25,578 nt of DNA. It comes from a bacterium (GTDB taxonomy: Bacteria > Zhuqueibacterota > Zhuqueibacteria > Oceanimicrobiales > Oceanimicrobiaceae). The stretch is taken from NCBI GenBank assembly GCA_037446635.1, contig JBBIIG010000058.1, forward strand, positions 1-25,578. The letters run 5' to 3'. The position numbers and the translations under genes were made by a program. The notes under the pieces were generated by a model. That model saw only the letters and a program-made list of their open reading frames with translations, was not told the DNA's origin and ran no database searches. Shown one piece after another: positions 6,747 to 15,972 of the stretch; positions within the stretch are counted from its first letter, which is position 1, and each line of letters starts with the position of its first letter.

Positions 6747-9700
6747 TTAATTCCCTCTGATTGAAATGTTGACGTCGATTCCGAATTCCTGCACCGAGGT
6801 TTTGCCGGCGCGTTTGCTGTCGGTGGCGCCGACTTCAAAAAAAGCGCCGCCGCGTACGCGGTTGCTGAACGAATAGGTGAGGCTGGGGCGAAACGCCCAG
6901 CGGTTGGTGCGGTCCTGCACCTCGAATTGATCCTTGCCATCGACTTTGCTGATGCTGCGCTCGGTGGTCACGTCGCTTTTGGTGAAAGTGAAATTGAAAT
7001 CGATGGAATTTTTTAATTCACCTTTGTTGAAAGGCCAAATAGGAATTCGAAACCCCGATTGCTTGGAATAGGTAGCAGTGACGGAAATATCGGATCGAGT
7101 GGTGCGGTTGGCGCCCGTGCTCACGCGCGGGTTGCGGCCTAAAGTAACCGAGTGGTTCACCTGGATGTTGCCGGTGATGCCTTTTTTGAAATTCAAATCC
7201 AATTTGCCTAAGGGGCGGAAGTTGGTGCTCACACTTTCCTGGGTGACCTGATCGCGCACGCCGCTCCAGGTGATGTCCTTTTGCCCTGAAAAGCTGTGGC
7301 TGAGTGTGACGGTACGGAAGAGACCACTAAAGAAAGGCAGCTTTTCCAGCCCGGAAATGCGCACAGTAATTTCCGGAAACGGCGTGTTGAAGCCGCCAAA
7401 CCGCAGCCAGTTGTCAGAATAGCTGCCGGAAATTTGAGTGGTTTCGTTGCGCTGCTCGTTGTGATTGTAAGTCAGCCCGATATCGAAAGCGCGGCCGAAC
7501 GTGAGCCCGGAACCAGCGCGATAGGAGCGGCTCTCGCTGAAATTGCGAGCCTGGGTGGCGAGGCCTTCAACGGTGTCCACGCCGGTGTTAGTGGACAAAC
7601 CGAACTGGAATCCCCAGCTGGGATTGTCGCCCGCCAGTCCAAACTGGCTGACGTTGGTACGCTCGGTATAATTGAAGTTGATATCGCGAAATTTAGAAAT
7701 AAAACCGCCCAAAAGCTTGAGCGGATTCATGGAGAAGCCGCCCTCCTTCTTCTCACCCTCTTGAAAAATGATCAGCTCGTTTGGGGGATTTTCGCGCGCG
7801 CCGGGGTCGCGGCGCTCGCCCCGTCCGGGAGTTGGCGTCGGGCGTTTTTGCCCAGTTCCGAAAACCGAGCGCGCCAATTGCTGCAGCCGCAGGGTAAAAT
7901 CCGCGGAACGGGTTACGCCGCTGTTGGCGCTGCGGCCCGTTCGCCCCTGTTGAATGTTGTCGTTGAAAGTGTAGTTTGCAGTATAATTGAAAGAGTTATT
8001 CAGCCAGCTAAAGATGTTGGGGGTGTAGCGTGCGGTAAAATTCTGGGTGACGTTGAGATCGCGCGGCTTGAGGGTGAACATTTCGTAAAGTTGGCGGTCG
8101 CGCATGTCCGCCTTGTGGGTGCGGGTCACATCCACCACCAGGCTCTCGAACACTTTCATGTTGACGCGGGCGCTGCGATCGACAGTGAAATTGAAGGTTT
8201 CGACAATGCGAACGGAATCCTGGTTGGCGGTGGACTGCAACCGGCTTTGCGAGCGCTGCAATGTGCGCGCGCCGTTGGCGCGGAATGAGACATTTTGTGG
8301 GGTGTAATAAAATTTCGTGGCGCGCACTTTTCCAATCAGCGGCAGGTTGGGCACCCAGGAGAACGGCGAAAAAAAGTTATTGCGGCCGAACTCGATGCGG
8401 TAATCCAGGTTGCCGGTCCAGGAAGTATTGTCGGAAAAATTAATAGTGGGGCTTTCCGCGTGGCTGCTGGTCTGGCCTAAACTGAACGAAAGTTTGTCCA
8501 AGGTGTGCTTGAGAAAAAAATTGTTGGAAGTGACCTGCCGGCGAAAGCTGATGTTGAAGCCGCTCTGCTCAGTGATGGAGCGCACCAGCCGCAGCGAGTC
8601 GGCGCTCAGGTCGCCTGTCACCAAAAGATCGCGGCCGGGGAAATATTTTGGCGTGTCGGTGCGTTTGCGAAAATTCATGCTCAATGGCATGGAAACCCCC
8701 CACGAGGCCGGCAGAAATTTATCCAAACCGAGGTTGAGATTGAGGCTGCCGGAGGTGCTGTTGTTGCCGTTGCCGAAGCGCTCGGCGACGTTATGAAAAT
8801 CGGCGTCGCGCCGTTCGATGTCGCCGCTCACCGTCGCAAAATCTGCGATCTGCATGTTGGCGCGGAGGCGCATGGCCATGCCCTTATCGCGATCGACGTC
8901 CGAAAGCCGCAGCTCGTTGAACCAAACCTCGCCCGTGAATTTATCAGTGGGGTGCAAATTCTTGATGCCGATAACCAAGGTTTTGATATTCGTCAACGAG
9001 GGGTTGCCCTTTTTGCGGATGGATCTGCTGCTGTCCGCGGTCAAATACCTGACCGCGATAGTGGAATCGGCTATCAGTTCCGTCAGCTCCTGCAGGCGCA
9101 CGTCCATGCTGTTTTTCTCCGGGCTCCAACCTTCATAAACTCTGGAGCGATACTCATAATAGTTCCGGTCGTCGGCGCCAAAACGCAAAAAGTATTCAAT
9201 CAAGCTCGTCTGCGAAGTATCGCTGGGGATTTGCACTGGGCTGGCGATATCGTTGCGGCCATAAACAAACATGCGGATGCGATCATAATTGAGATAGTTC
9301 TCCGGTTGGAATAAGCTTTTTTGAGTGACGCCGACGTTGGCGCCGTTCGCCCCATCCAAACCGGTGGCCTTCAAAACAATCGACTGCTCGCGGGCGCGCA
9401 CGCCGGTCACCCGGTCCTCCTCGCCCTCCACGCCAATTTGGTTGAGGGTGGTGGCGTAAAACGGATCATCGTGGGTGTTGATTTGCGCCACCGCGACGGT
9501 GGTATCGCTATAAATAATGATATCGGTAAACTCGTCGCGGGTGCTGCCCCGTTCTTTCCAGTCGCTGCCCACCAGGTTAAGCTCCGCAATGTTGACGCGC
9601 ACCAACTGCTGGCTTAAATTTTGGGGGTCTTCCACCTCCAGCCAGATGCGGGCGTATTCAATTTGCGTGGAGCTGGGGTTGCCAATTTTCAGCGAATCGA

Positions 9701-12700
9701 CCGTGGTTTCAAACGGGATGCGGTAAAGCTTCCACGCCGTGCCTCGGGAAGGATTAGGATTGCCGCCGACGATTAACGCGGTATCGGGGTGATTCGGTTC
9801 GAGTGAAAAAGTGTAGCTAAAATAGGAGTTGAGCCGATCCAGAATGCCGTTGCCATTGATATCTTCGGTGTCCGAACGCCGGCCGCCCTCGTCGTTGGCG
9901 TTGCCCTCGGTGCCGTTGATCGACTTGACGGCAACGCCATCGGCCGTGATATACTGGAAATTGCCGTCGTAAAACCAGTCGTCGTAGCTCCAGGGCTCGT
10001 CCGGGTCTTTGATGCCTTTGTTGTGAAAATCCCAGAAATCATGCGGAACCGTGTCGATATTCTGCCCGGCAAAATTACTGCGGGGAAAATTTAGCTCTGG
10101 TGGATCGGGCTTGACGAAGCCGTCGAGCCCCACGTCTTCGCCATCATCCAAAATGCCGTCGCGCAGCCCCACGTCTTCCGTGTTCAAAAGGCCATCGGGA
10201 ATGACGTCTTCGGAAATGGCTCCCAGATCGATGTGCAGCCGCCCCACCTCGCCCTGAACCATGATTTCGATAAAGTTGCTTTGCGATTGATCGAACAATC
10301 CGGCGGAGAGCGCCCGCATGATGCCGCCCCACTGGTTTTTAATTTGCGGCTGATCGAGATCGGGGTACAACTCGAACGTCAACACGTGCACCACGTTGGG
10401 GGTGTTGGAGCTAATCTCACGGTTGGGGTAGATGTCGCGGATGGGCACCTGAGTGATGGGGTTATACCAGAAGTAGTTCACCATGTTATCGATGGTGTGG
10501 AGGCTGTCGGCCGGCTGGGAGGCCTGCGTCCAGTTGCGGCGGATCACCCCTAAGCTGACGGTTTTTTTCGCGCCTTCAAAATCATCAATGTAAGCCACGC
10601 CGTGATGGTCGCCCGTTCTCGGGCTGTTGAGTGTGTTGGGCGTTGGCAGAACCTGAGCGATTTCGGCTTCCAATCGCAGGGCGGTTTCGCCTTTGGCGCG
10701 AATCAACGGCAGGGCGTCAAAGGCTTTGCCGATAAAATTGGGATTGAAATTGAGCTGGGTGTTTAAATCCCAAACCAAATTCCGAATCGGGCCGCGGCCC
10801 ACCCGCACTTTGCGATCGAGGGTGCTTTCGCTCAAATACAAGAGCGTGCCGCCCAAAAACGAATTCTGGCCGAGATTGTATTCCGCCCTCATGCCGAGAA
10901 TGGTCTTCTTCTCCAGTTGGAAAAGCTGGTTGCGTTCGAAGGAAATGTCAAGCTTCGCCGCGGGATCGCTGGCGCGCTCGTCGAGGATGTTGAGCGTGCC
11001 GGTAAAATAATCGATGGTATAATCGCGGCCGTTTTGCAGGGTTTCGCCGTTGAGGGTCACCACCTCGGAGCCCTGAATGACATTGAATCCCAAATTGAAT
11101 TCCGAACTGCGGTTGCGTGATTTAACTTCAATGGTGAAGTTGTCGGCGTCCTGGTTGATCTCACTGGGGATGACGGAATTATAGATCCGCGGAGCGGCGC
11201 GTTCCCCTAAATCCGGCCGCACCACGTTGCCGCCTAAAAAATATCCCTCGGGCGCAAAGGGCTGCACGTCCGGAAAAATCACTTCGCCGTTGCGCAAATC
11301 CAAAATATTGTTGTCAATATCAATCACGCCGTCCGGGGAGAGACCGCCGGATACGTTTTTGCGATCGAGGCCGAAGACGGTGACCCACTTTTGGCCGTTG
11401 TTGTCGTTTTCTTCGAGGGGGCTGCCAGGGGGCCGAAAAAATATTTTGAGATCAAAGCCTTCTTCGTTGATGTTGCGAGCGCCCAACGAATAGACGTTTT
11501 TCCACGCCAGATTCCACGTTCGATCCGTAGGCTGCGGGCTTCTGGACTTGATAAGCTTGAAGATGATAGTATTGGTACCGGGAACCACACCGCCGAAGGC
11601 TTTTGGAGCGGCGCCGCCGGTGCGATACGTCACCGCCAGAATTTCGTCCTGCGTCACAGCAGAATTCAAACGGATATAGCCAAGGGTGTTCTCCACGAAG
11701 TATTCGCTTTTTTCCAACCTCAGAAAATAGCCAAACTGCGAAACGCCAGCGATGGGGGAGGCGGTATCGGCCGCCGTGACCGTAGTTGGGTCGCCATCAA
11801 AAGTCGCCCAAGCGCCGATCACCTGATCCGGAAATTGAATCAAATTATTAGGGGCGGCTTTGTAAACTTCAATTTCCGTGATGGGATTGAGCGACGCCAA
11901 GTGGTTGCCCTCGGCGTCAAACTGCTTGTAGTTTTCACGGTATTCGAGATCGAGAAAGAAGTAGGTGTCCTTCACGTAATTGTCGATGCGAATCTGACGC
12001 GAACCCTCCTCCGCGCCGCCGCTGAGGGAGATGCGCTGGCTTTCGCCTTTTTCCTGGCTGGCAATGGTGGTGAGGTTCAAATTGCCCAGTACCATTTCGC
12101 TTTTCAAGCCGAAAAGGCCGGTGTTCTTGCCGCTGAAAGTTACGTACTGCGTGCCGGGCAGAGAGAGGGAAATGTTGCCGGCTTCGATTTTTTGAATGAC
12201 TTCGTCGTCGTAGCCCTGGTAGTTGATGCGGATGTTGTTTTCAAAATCAAAGGCGCGCTCGCTGTCCTGATCGACGTTGACGGTAACTTTGTCGCCGATC
12301 TTACCGGTCACCGAAAAGCGCTGCTTCTGCTGCATGTTGAAATTGGTGGTGGCGCCGCGGGTGAGGGCGGTGCGCACTTCGCTGCGGTCTTCACGGCGAA
12401 TCTTCGCCTGGATGCTGATGTCGCCGGAAACCGTCAACCCCACGGTGCCGCTGCCAAACACTTTTTGAAAGGCCTTGCTTTTGATCTTGAGCGGGATATC
12501 CAAATTGATGCCGCCGCCTTGCCCCTCCTGCTCCGCAAATGCCACGTTCGCTGAGACATACTGCCGCCAGCTCATGTTCATGGTCCGCCGTTGCATCATC
12601 TGGAGATATTCAGCGAACGTTAAAACCAGCGGCGCCCGAACATCCTCCTCCAAAACCGTTTCGCGCACCATCACAAAATCTTCCAGCGACTCAATCTCGA

Positions 12701-12917
12701 CGATTTCGCGGGCGCTGTTGTAAAGCGCCGGCCGCGAGCCGGGATAATAGCCGTGATGAGAAAACACCGGCTGCTGGTTGCGCTCCAAAAATCGCGACGC
12801 CCAAAAACCGTCGGCCTTTAAGCCTAGCGCCGGGCTGAACGCAGACGCAGAACTGGCCGCGCCGAACACAAAAGCCGCCAGACAAAATTTGGAAAGGAAA
12901 CTCGAGTTAGAAAACAT
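6747..12917 (-). CDS. sprA: Type IX secretion system outer-membrane translocon SprA/Sov homolog
   Basis: 2056 aa with a signal peptide. SprA-typical segments: VTGKIGDKVTVNVD..FDFENNIRINYQG.DDEVIQKIEAGNISLSLP..GLFGLK; WKNVYSLG; DYTIDYFTG; YIDDFEG; IDLGAISED; TEDINGNG; GEVWFNELRL. Long amphipathic beta-strand C-terminal half. Confidence 0.93.
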   Translation of the reverse strand: MFSNSSFLSKFCLAAFVFGAASSASAFSPALGLKADGFWASRFLERNQQPVFSHHGYYPGSRPALYNSAREIVEIESLEDFVMVRETVLEEDVRAPLVLTFAEYLQMMQRRTMNMSWRQYVSANVAFAEQEGQGGGINLDIPLKIKSKAFQKVFGSGTVGLTVSGDISIQAKIRREDRSEVRTALTRGATTNFNMQQKQRFSVTGKIGDKVTVNVDQDSERAFDFENNIRINYQGYDDEVIQKIEAGNISLSLPGTQYVTFSGKNTGLFGLKSEMVLGNLNLTTIASQEKGESQRISLSGGAEEGSRQIRIDNYVKDTYFFLDLEYRENYKQFDAEGNHLASLNPITEIEVYKAAPNNLIQFPDQVIGAWATFDGDPTTVTAADTASPIAGVSQFGYFLRLEKSEYFVENTLGYIRLNSAVTQDEILAVTYRTGGAAPKAFGGVVPGTNTIIFKLIKSRSPQPTDRTWNLAWKNVYSLGARNINEEGFDLKIFFRPPGSPLEENDNNGQKWVTVFGLDRKNVSGGLSPDGVIDIDNNILDLRNGEVIFPDVQPFAPEGYFLGGNVVRPDLGERAAPRIYNSVIPSEINQDADNFTIEVKSRNRSSEFNLGFNVIQGSEVVTLNGETLQNGRDYTIDYFTGTLNILDERASDPAAKLDISFERNQLFQLEKKTILGMRAEYNLGQNSFLGGTLLYLSESTLDRKVRVGRGPIRNLVWDLNTQLNFNPNFIGKAFDALPLIRAKGETALRLEAEIAQVLPTPNTLNSPRTGDHHGVAYIDDFEGAKKTVSLGVIRRNWTQASQPADSLHTIDNMVNYFWYNPITQVPIRDIYPNREISSNTPNVVHVLTFELYPDLDQPQIKNQWGGIMRALSAGLFDQSQSNFIEIMVQGEVGRLHIDLGAISEDVIPDGLLNTEDVGLRDGILDDGEDVGLDGFVKPDPPELNFPRSNFAGQNIDTVPHDFWDFHNKGIKDPDEPWSYDDWFYDGNFQYITADGVAVKSINGTEGNANDEGGRRSDTEDINGNGILDRLNSYFSYTFSLEPNHPDTALIVGGNPNPSRGTAWKLYRIPFETTVDSLKIGNPSSTQIEYARIWLEVEDPQNLSQQLVRVNIAELNLVGSDWKERGSTRDEFTDIIIYSDTTVAVAQINTHDDPFYATTLNQIGVEGEEDRVTGVRAREQSIVLKATGLDGANGANVGVTQKSLFQPENYLNYDRIRMFVYGRNDIASPVQIPSDTSQTSLIEYFLRFGADDRNYYEYRSRVYEGWSPEKNSMDVRLQELTELIADSTIAVRYLTADSSRSIRKKGNPSLTNIKTLVIGIKNLHPTDKFTGEVWFNELRLSDVDRDKGMAMRLRANMQIADFATVSGDIERRDADFHNVAERFGNGNNSTSGSLNLNLGLDKFLPASWGVSMPLSMNFRKRTDTPKYFPGRDLLVTGDLSADSLRLVRSITEQSGFNISFRRQVTSNNFFLKHTLDKLSFSLGQTSSHAESPTINFSDNTSWTGNLDYRIEFGRNNFFSPFSWVPNLPLIGKVRATKFYYTPQNVSFRANGARTLQRSQSRLQSTANQDSVRIVETFNFTVDRSARVNMKVFESLVVDVTRTHKADMRDRQLYEMFTLKPRDLNVTQNFTARYTPNIFSWLNNSFNYTANYTFNDNIQQGRTGRSANSGVTRSADFTLRLQQLARSVFGTGQKRPTPTPGRGERRDPGARENPPNELIIFQEGEKKEGGFSMNPLKLLGGFISKFRDINFNYTERTNVSQFGLAGDNPSWGFQFGLSTNTGVDTVEGLATQARNFSESRSYRAGSGLTFGRAFDIGLTYNHNEQRNETTQISGSYSDNWLRFGGFNTPFPEITVRISGLEKLPFFSGLFRTVTLSHSFSGQKDITWSGVRDQVTQESVSTNFRPLGKLDLNFKKGITGNIQVNHSVTLGRNPRVSTGANRTTRSDISVTATYSKQSGFRIPIWPFNKGELKNSIDFNFTFTKSDVTTERSISKVDGKDQFEVQDRTNRWAFRPSLTYSFSNRVRGGAFFEVGATDSKRAGKTSVQEFGIDVNISIRGN

Positions 12918-13067
12918 GTTTTGCGAGCACAGCTTAATTAGACGAGAGCGGCTGCTCTCCCCTCATTGGAGTTCGATAATTAAAAACCTAACAAAAATTT
13001 ATATCAAACTACTCGATGCTGCCTCCGAAACATGTTTGTGATGAAGTGTGATATTAGAAGCGGCTGG

Positions 13068-13096
13068 AACTTAATGATTCTATTGTTGAATTGCAA
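13068..13096 (-). promoter_or_regulatory. Candidate sigma70 promoter of sprA
   Basis: Minus strand reads TTGCAA-N17-TAAGTT in the AT-rich divergent spacer. Confidence 0.35.
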
Positions 13097-13131
13097 GAAA
13101 AATTTACGGCCGGAAGGCGCCGAAATTAAGC

Positions 13132-13160
13132 TTGATATAGTAGGCCGGGGTACGTATATT
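13132..13160 (+). promoter_or_regulatory. Candidate sigma70 promoter of lptFG
   Basis: TTGATA(13132-13137)-N17-TATATT(13155-13160). Confidence 0.5.
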
Positions 13161-13212
13161 GATCGCAATTTTGACGACGCTAATGAGACAAAAGACGGTT
13201 ACAATTTAATCC

Positions 13213-14517
13213 ATGCCACGCATTTTGCCCAGCTATTTTATCAGAGAACACATTGGGCCGTTTTTCTGGGCGCTCATCACCATCAATTTTGTTTTCATTC
13301 TCAACATCCTGTATCGCGACCTGGGGAAATTCTTGAGCAAAGGCGTCGCGTTTCCGATCATCCTGGAATTTCTGTTCCTGAATCTGGCGTGGATGATCGC
13401 GCTGGCAGCGCCCATGGCCGTGCTCACCGCCACCATCATGGCGTTCGGCCGGCTGGCGGCAGACAATGAAATCACCGCCGTGCGCGCCAGCGGCGTCAGC
13501 TTGTACCAAATTCTCTTGCCTTTGGTGTTCGTAGCGGCGCTGCTCACCGGCGCGCTCATCCTGTTCAACAATTATGTGCTGCCTGATTTCAACCACCGCG
13601 CGCGTCTACTGGCCATGGATATCGCCCGCAAAAAACCGATGATCAATCTCGAAGCTGGCGTCATTTACTCGGACATCCCGAACTACAAAATTCTCGTCGA
13701 AAGAGTGCACGAGATCGACTCCGTTTCTTATGTCAAAGATTTGATCATCGACGATCAGAACAACGCCAACGCCATCAAAACCATCGTGGCGGACAGCGCC
13801 GAGCTGCGCTTCGATCGCCAAACCGGCTGGCTGACCATCGCCATGTTCAACGGCGAAGTGCACGAAGTGGATTTCAAAGACCCGGGACGATTTAAGCGGG
13901 TGGAATTTCAGAAGCAACTCATCAAAATCGCGATGTCGGAAATTCTCCTCACCCGCAGCCAGTCGGAGTACCGCGGTGATCGCGAAAAGAGCGCCGCCGC
14001 GCTGATGGCAAACGTGCGGGAAAATCAGGCGCGCATCGCCGAGCGCAAAAAATCCATCCACCAAAAAATGGTGGAGCAGTTTTACAAACACAACTTGAGT
14101 AACGGCCAGCCGCGGCCGATTTTGGCTAATCTCATCACCGAACACGAGAACCTGCGGCGATCGCTCAAAGCCGATTTGGACATGATCAACGGCTTCCAAA
14201 AATCCGTCAACATCTACCTGGTGGAGGTGCATAAAAAATATGCCATCCCCGCCGCCTGCATCGTCTTCGTGCTGGTGGGCGCGCCGCTGGGCATCCTCAT
14301 CCGCCAGCGCGGTTGGGCCATCGCTGGCGGCCTGAGCTTCGGATTTTTTCTTTTGTACTGGACGTGTTTGATCGGCGGTGAAATTCTCGCCGACCGCCAA
14401 ATCATCAGCCCGTTCTTCGCCATGTGGACTCCCAACCTTATCGCGGGCGCCATCGCCGTAATGTTAGCGGCCAAATCCAGCGGCGCCGCGCCGGCCTGGC
14501 TGCGCCGACGAATTTGA
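13213..14517 (+). CDS. lptF: LPS export ABC transporter permease LptF (YjgP/YjgQ family)
   Basis: Three TM helices, a periplasmic domain, then three TM helices. Motifs FGRLAADNEITAVRASGVS and HKKYAIPAACIVFVLVGAPLG. First gene of a tandem pair. Confidence 0.88.
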   Translation: MPRILPSYFIREHIGPFFWALITINFVFILNILYRDLGKFLSKGVAFPIILEFLFLNLAWMIALAAPMAVLTATIMAFGRLAADNEITAVRASGVSLYQILLPLVFVAALLTGALILFNNYVLPDFNHRARLLAMDIARKKPMINLEAGVIYSDIPNYKILVERVHEIDSVSYVKDLIIDDQNNANAIKTIVADSAELRFDRQTGWLTIAMFNGEVHEVDFKDPGRFKRVEFQKQLIKIAMSEILLTRSQSEYRGDREKSAAALMANVRENQARIAERKKSIHQKMVEQFYKHNLSNGQPRPILANLITEHENLRRSLKADLDMINGFQKSVNIYLVEVHKKYAIPAACIVFVLVGAPLGILIRQRGWAIAGGLSFGFFLLYWTCLIGGEILADRQIISPFFAMWTPNLIAGAIAVMLAAKSSGAAPAWLRRRI

Positions 14518-14523
14518 AACCCG

Positions 14524-15600
14524 ATGCGAATTTTAGACTGGTATATTTTGCGGCGCTTCGGCTTCGCGCTCATCTACGCCATCGTGATTTTTGTGCTGAT
14601 CGTGATTTTCGTGGACATGGTGGGCAACCTCGCCCGCTTCATCGACCGCGACGTCCCGAAAACCATCATCGCCAAATATTATCTGGTTTACATCCCCTAC
14701 ATCTGGATTTTAGCGATGCCCATCGCCATGCTGCTGGCCAGCCTCTTCAGCATTGGGCAGATGGCACGCACCAACGAGCTCGTCGCCATTAAATCCGTGG
14801 GGGTCTCGCTTTACCGCATTCTCTTTCCGATGCTTGCGCTGAGCGTTCTCATCAGTTTGCTGGCGTTTGGCTTTGGGGAAAAGATCGTTCCCGCAGCCAA
14901 CCAGCACAAATCAAAAATCGAAAACACGTTTCTCGAACCGGCCAGCGCGCAGAGCGCCGCTCGGGCTTCCAACATTTTCTGGCGCGATAAAATCGATCGC
15001 TGGATTTTCATCAGCGCGTATGACAATGCCACGCAAACCGCGCAGCGCGTCTCCATTCAACAATATCGCGGCAACCAGATCGTCGAGCGCATCGACGTTC
15101 CGAAAATGCAGTGGCAGGACGGCGCCTGGGCGCTGCTCAACGGCTACCAACGGATGTTTGCCGACGGCACCGAGCAGGCGATGCCGTTTGAAATTTTATA
15201 TGACCACAACATCGATATCACGCCGGAAAAAATTTTACAAACCCGCGTGCAGCCAGAGGACATGTCGTACCGCGAGCTGAAATTTTTTGCCGATGAAGTG
15301 AAACGCAACGGCGGCGACCCTAACCGCTGGCTGGTGGACCTCTATTTCAAAACCTCCATCCCGTTTGCCAATTTCATCATGGTGCTGTTTGGCGCGCCGC
15401 TGGCTTCCAACAAAAAACGCAGCGGCGCCATTTTCGGCGTGCTCATCAGCCTGCTCATTTCATTCATTTATTATGGGTTCAACAAGTTCATTCAAACGCT
15501 CGGGCAGAACGGCAGCGTGGAACCGCTGCTGGCGGCCTGGCTCGCCAACGGCGTCTTTTTGGCGGCGGGAGTGTGGCTGCTGATCGCGACTCGAAAGTAG
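14524..15600 (+). CDS. lptG: LPS export ABC transporter permease LptG (YjgP/YjgQ family)
   Basis: MRILDWYI, NELVAIKSVGVSL, PEDMSYREL, GAPLA and LAAWLAN motifs; 6 nt after lptF. Confidence 0.9.
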   Translation: MRILDWYILRRFGFALIYAIVIFVLIVIFVDMVGNLARFIDRDVPKTIIAKYYLVYIPYIWILAMPIAMLLASLFSIGQMARTNELVAIKSVGVSLYRILFPMLALSVLISLLAFGFGEKIVPAANQHKSKIENTFLEPASAQSAARASNIFWRDKIDRWIFISAYDNATQTAQRVSIQQYRGNQIVERIDVPKMQWQDGAWALLNGYQRMFADGTEQAMPFEILYDHNIDITPEKILQTRVQPEDMSYRELKFFADEVKRNGGDPNRWLVDLYFKTSIPFANFIMVLFGAPLASNKKRSGAIFGVLISLLISFIYYGFNKFIQTLGQNGSVEPLLAAWLANGVFLAAGVWLLIATRK

Positions 15601-15628
15601 TTGACAAACTAAAAATTTTTTTTAGAAT
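15601..15628 (+). promoter_or_regulatory. Near-consensus sigma70 promoter of the methyltransferase remnant
   Basis: TTGACA(15601-15606)-N16-TAGAAT(15623-15628), followed by AAGGA and the ATG at 15651. Confidence 0.6.
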
Positions 15629-15650
15629 TAAAAAACACCTCCAAGGAAAA

Positions 15651-15938
15651 ATGAACAGACTCTATTTTGGCGACTGCCTCGAAGTTTTAAAAAATCTGCA
15701 CTCCGAATATCCGCAGGGCTTTATCGATCTGATTTACATCGATCCGCCGTTTAACTCCAAACGCAATTACAACATTCTTTTTGAAGAAGTGGAGTTGAAG
15801 GATGTGATCACGGTGGAGGATTTGTTGGAGGGAAAGGAACTCGAGCGGCCCGTGCCGGCCACCACCACTTTTAAAACCGCGCAGAAATCTCTTTTTGCCG
15901 AAGATGAACAGGAGGATTTGTTCGACTCGGAGATCTAA
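15651..15938 (+). pseudogene. Internally deleted N4/N6 DNA methyltransferase remnant (95 aa)
   Basis: The N-terminus LYFGDCLEVL..IDLIYIDPPFNSKRNYN is beta-class motif IV. It is joined directly to VITVEDLLEGK..TTTFKTAQ..LF. No FxGxG SAM-binding motif is present. Confidence 0.8.
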
Positions 15939-15972
15939 CGCGGCTCACCCTTTCAAAAATTCACCCACCCTA

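Noticed and set aside
7296..12554. Long plus-strand ORFs inside sprA (330, 269 and 387 aa), and similar antisense ORFs in lptF, dusB and the S9 gene
   Set aside because: Typical antisense open frames of GC-rich coding DNA, with no motifs or RBS.
12935..12967. Short upstream ORF MRGEQPLSSN with a small GAGAGC/GCTCTC hairpin ahead of sprA
   Set aside because: No RBS or attenuator features; cannot be told from chance without conservation data.
13032..13469. 145-aa plus-strand ORF overlapping the lptF start
   Set aside because: It spans the promoter spacer and is out of frame with the well-supported lptF.
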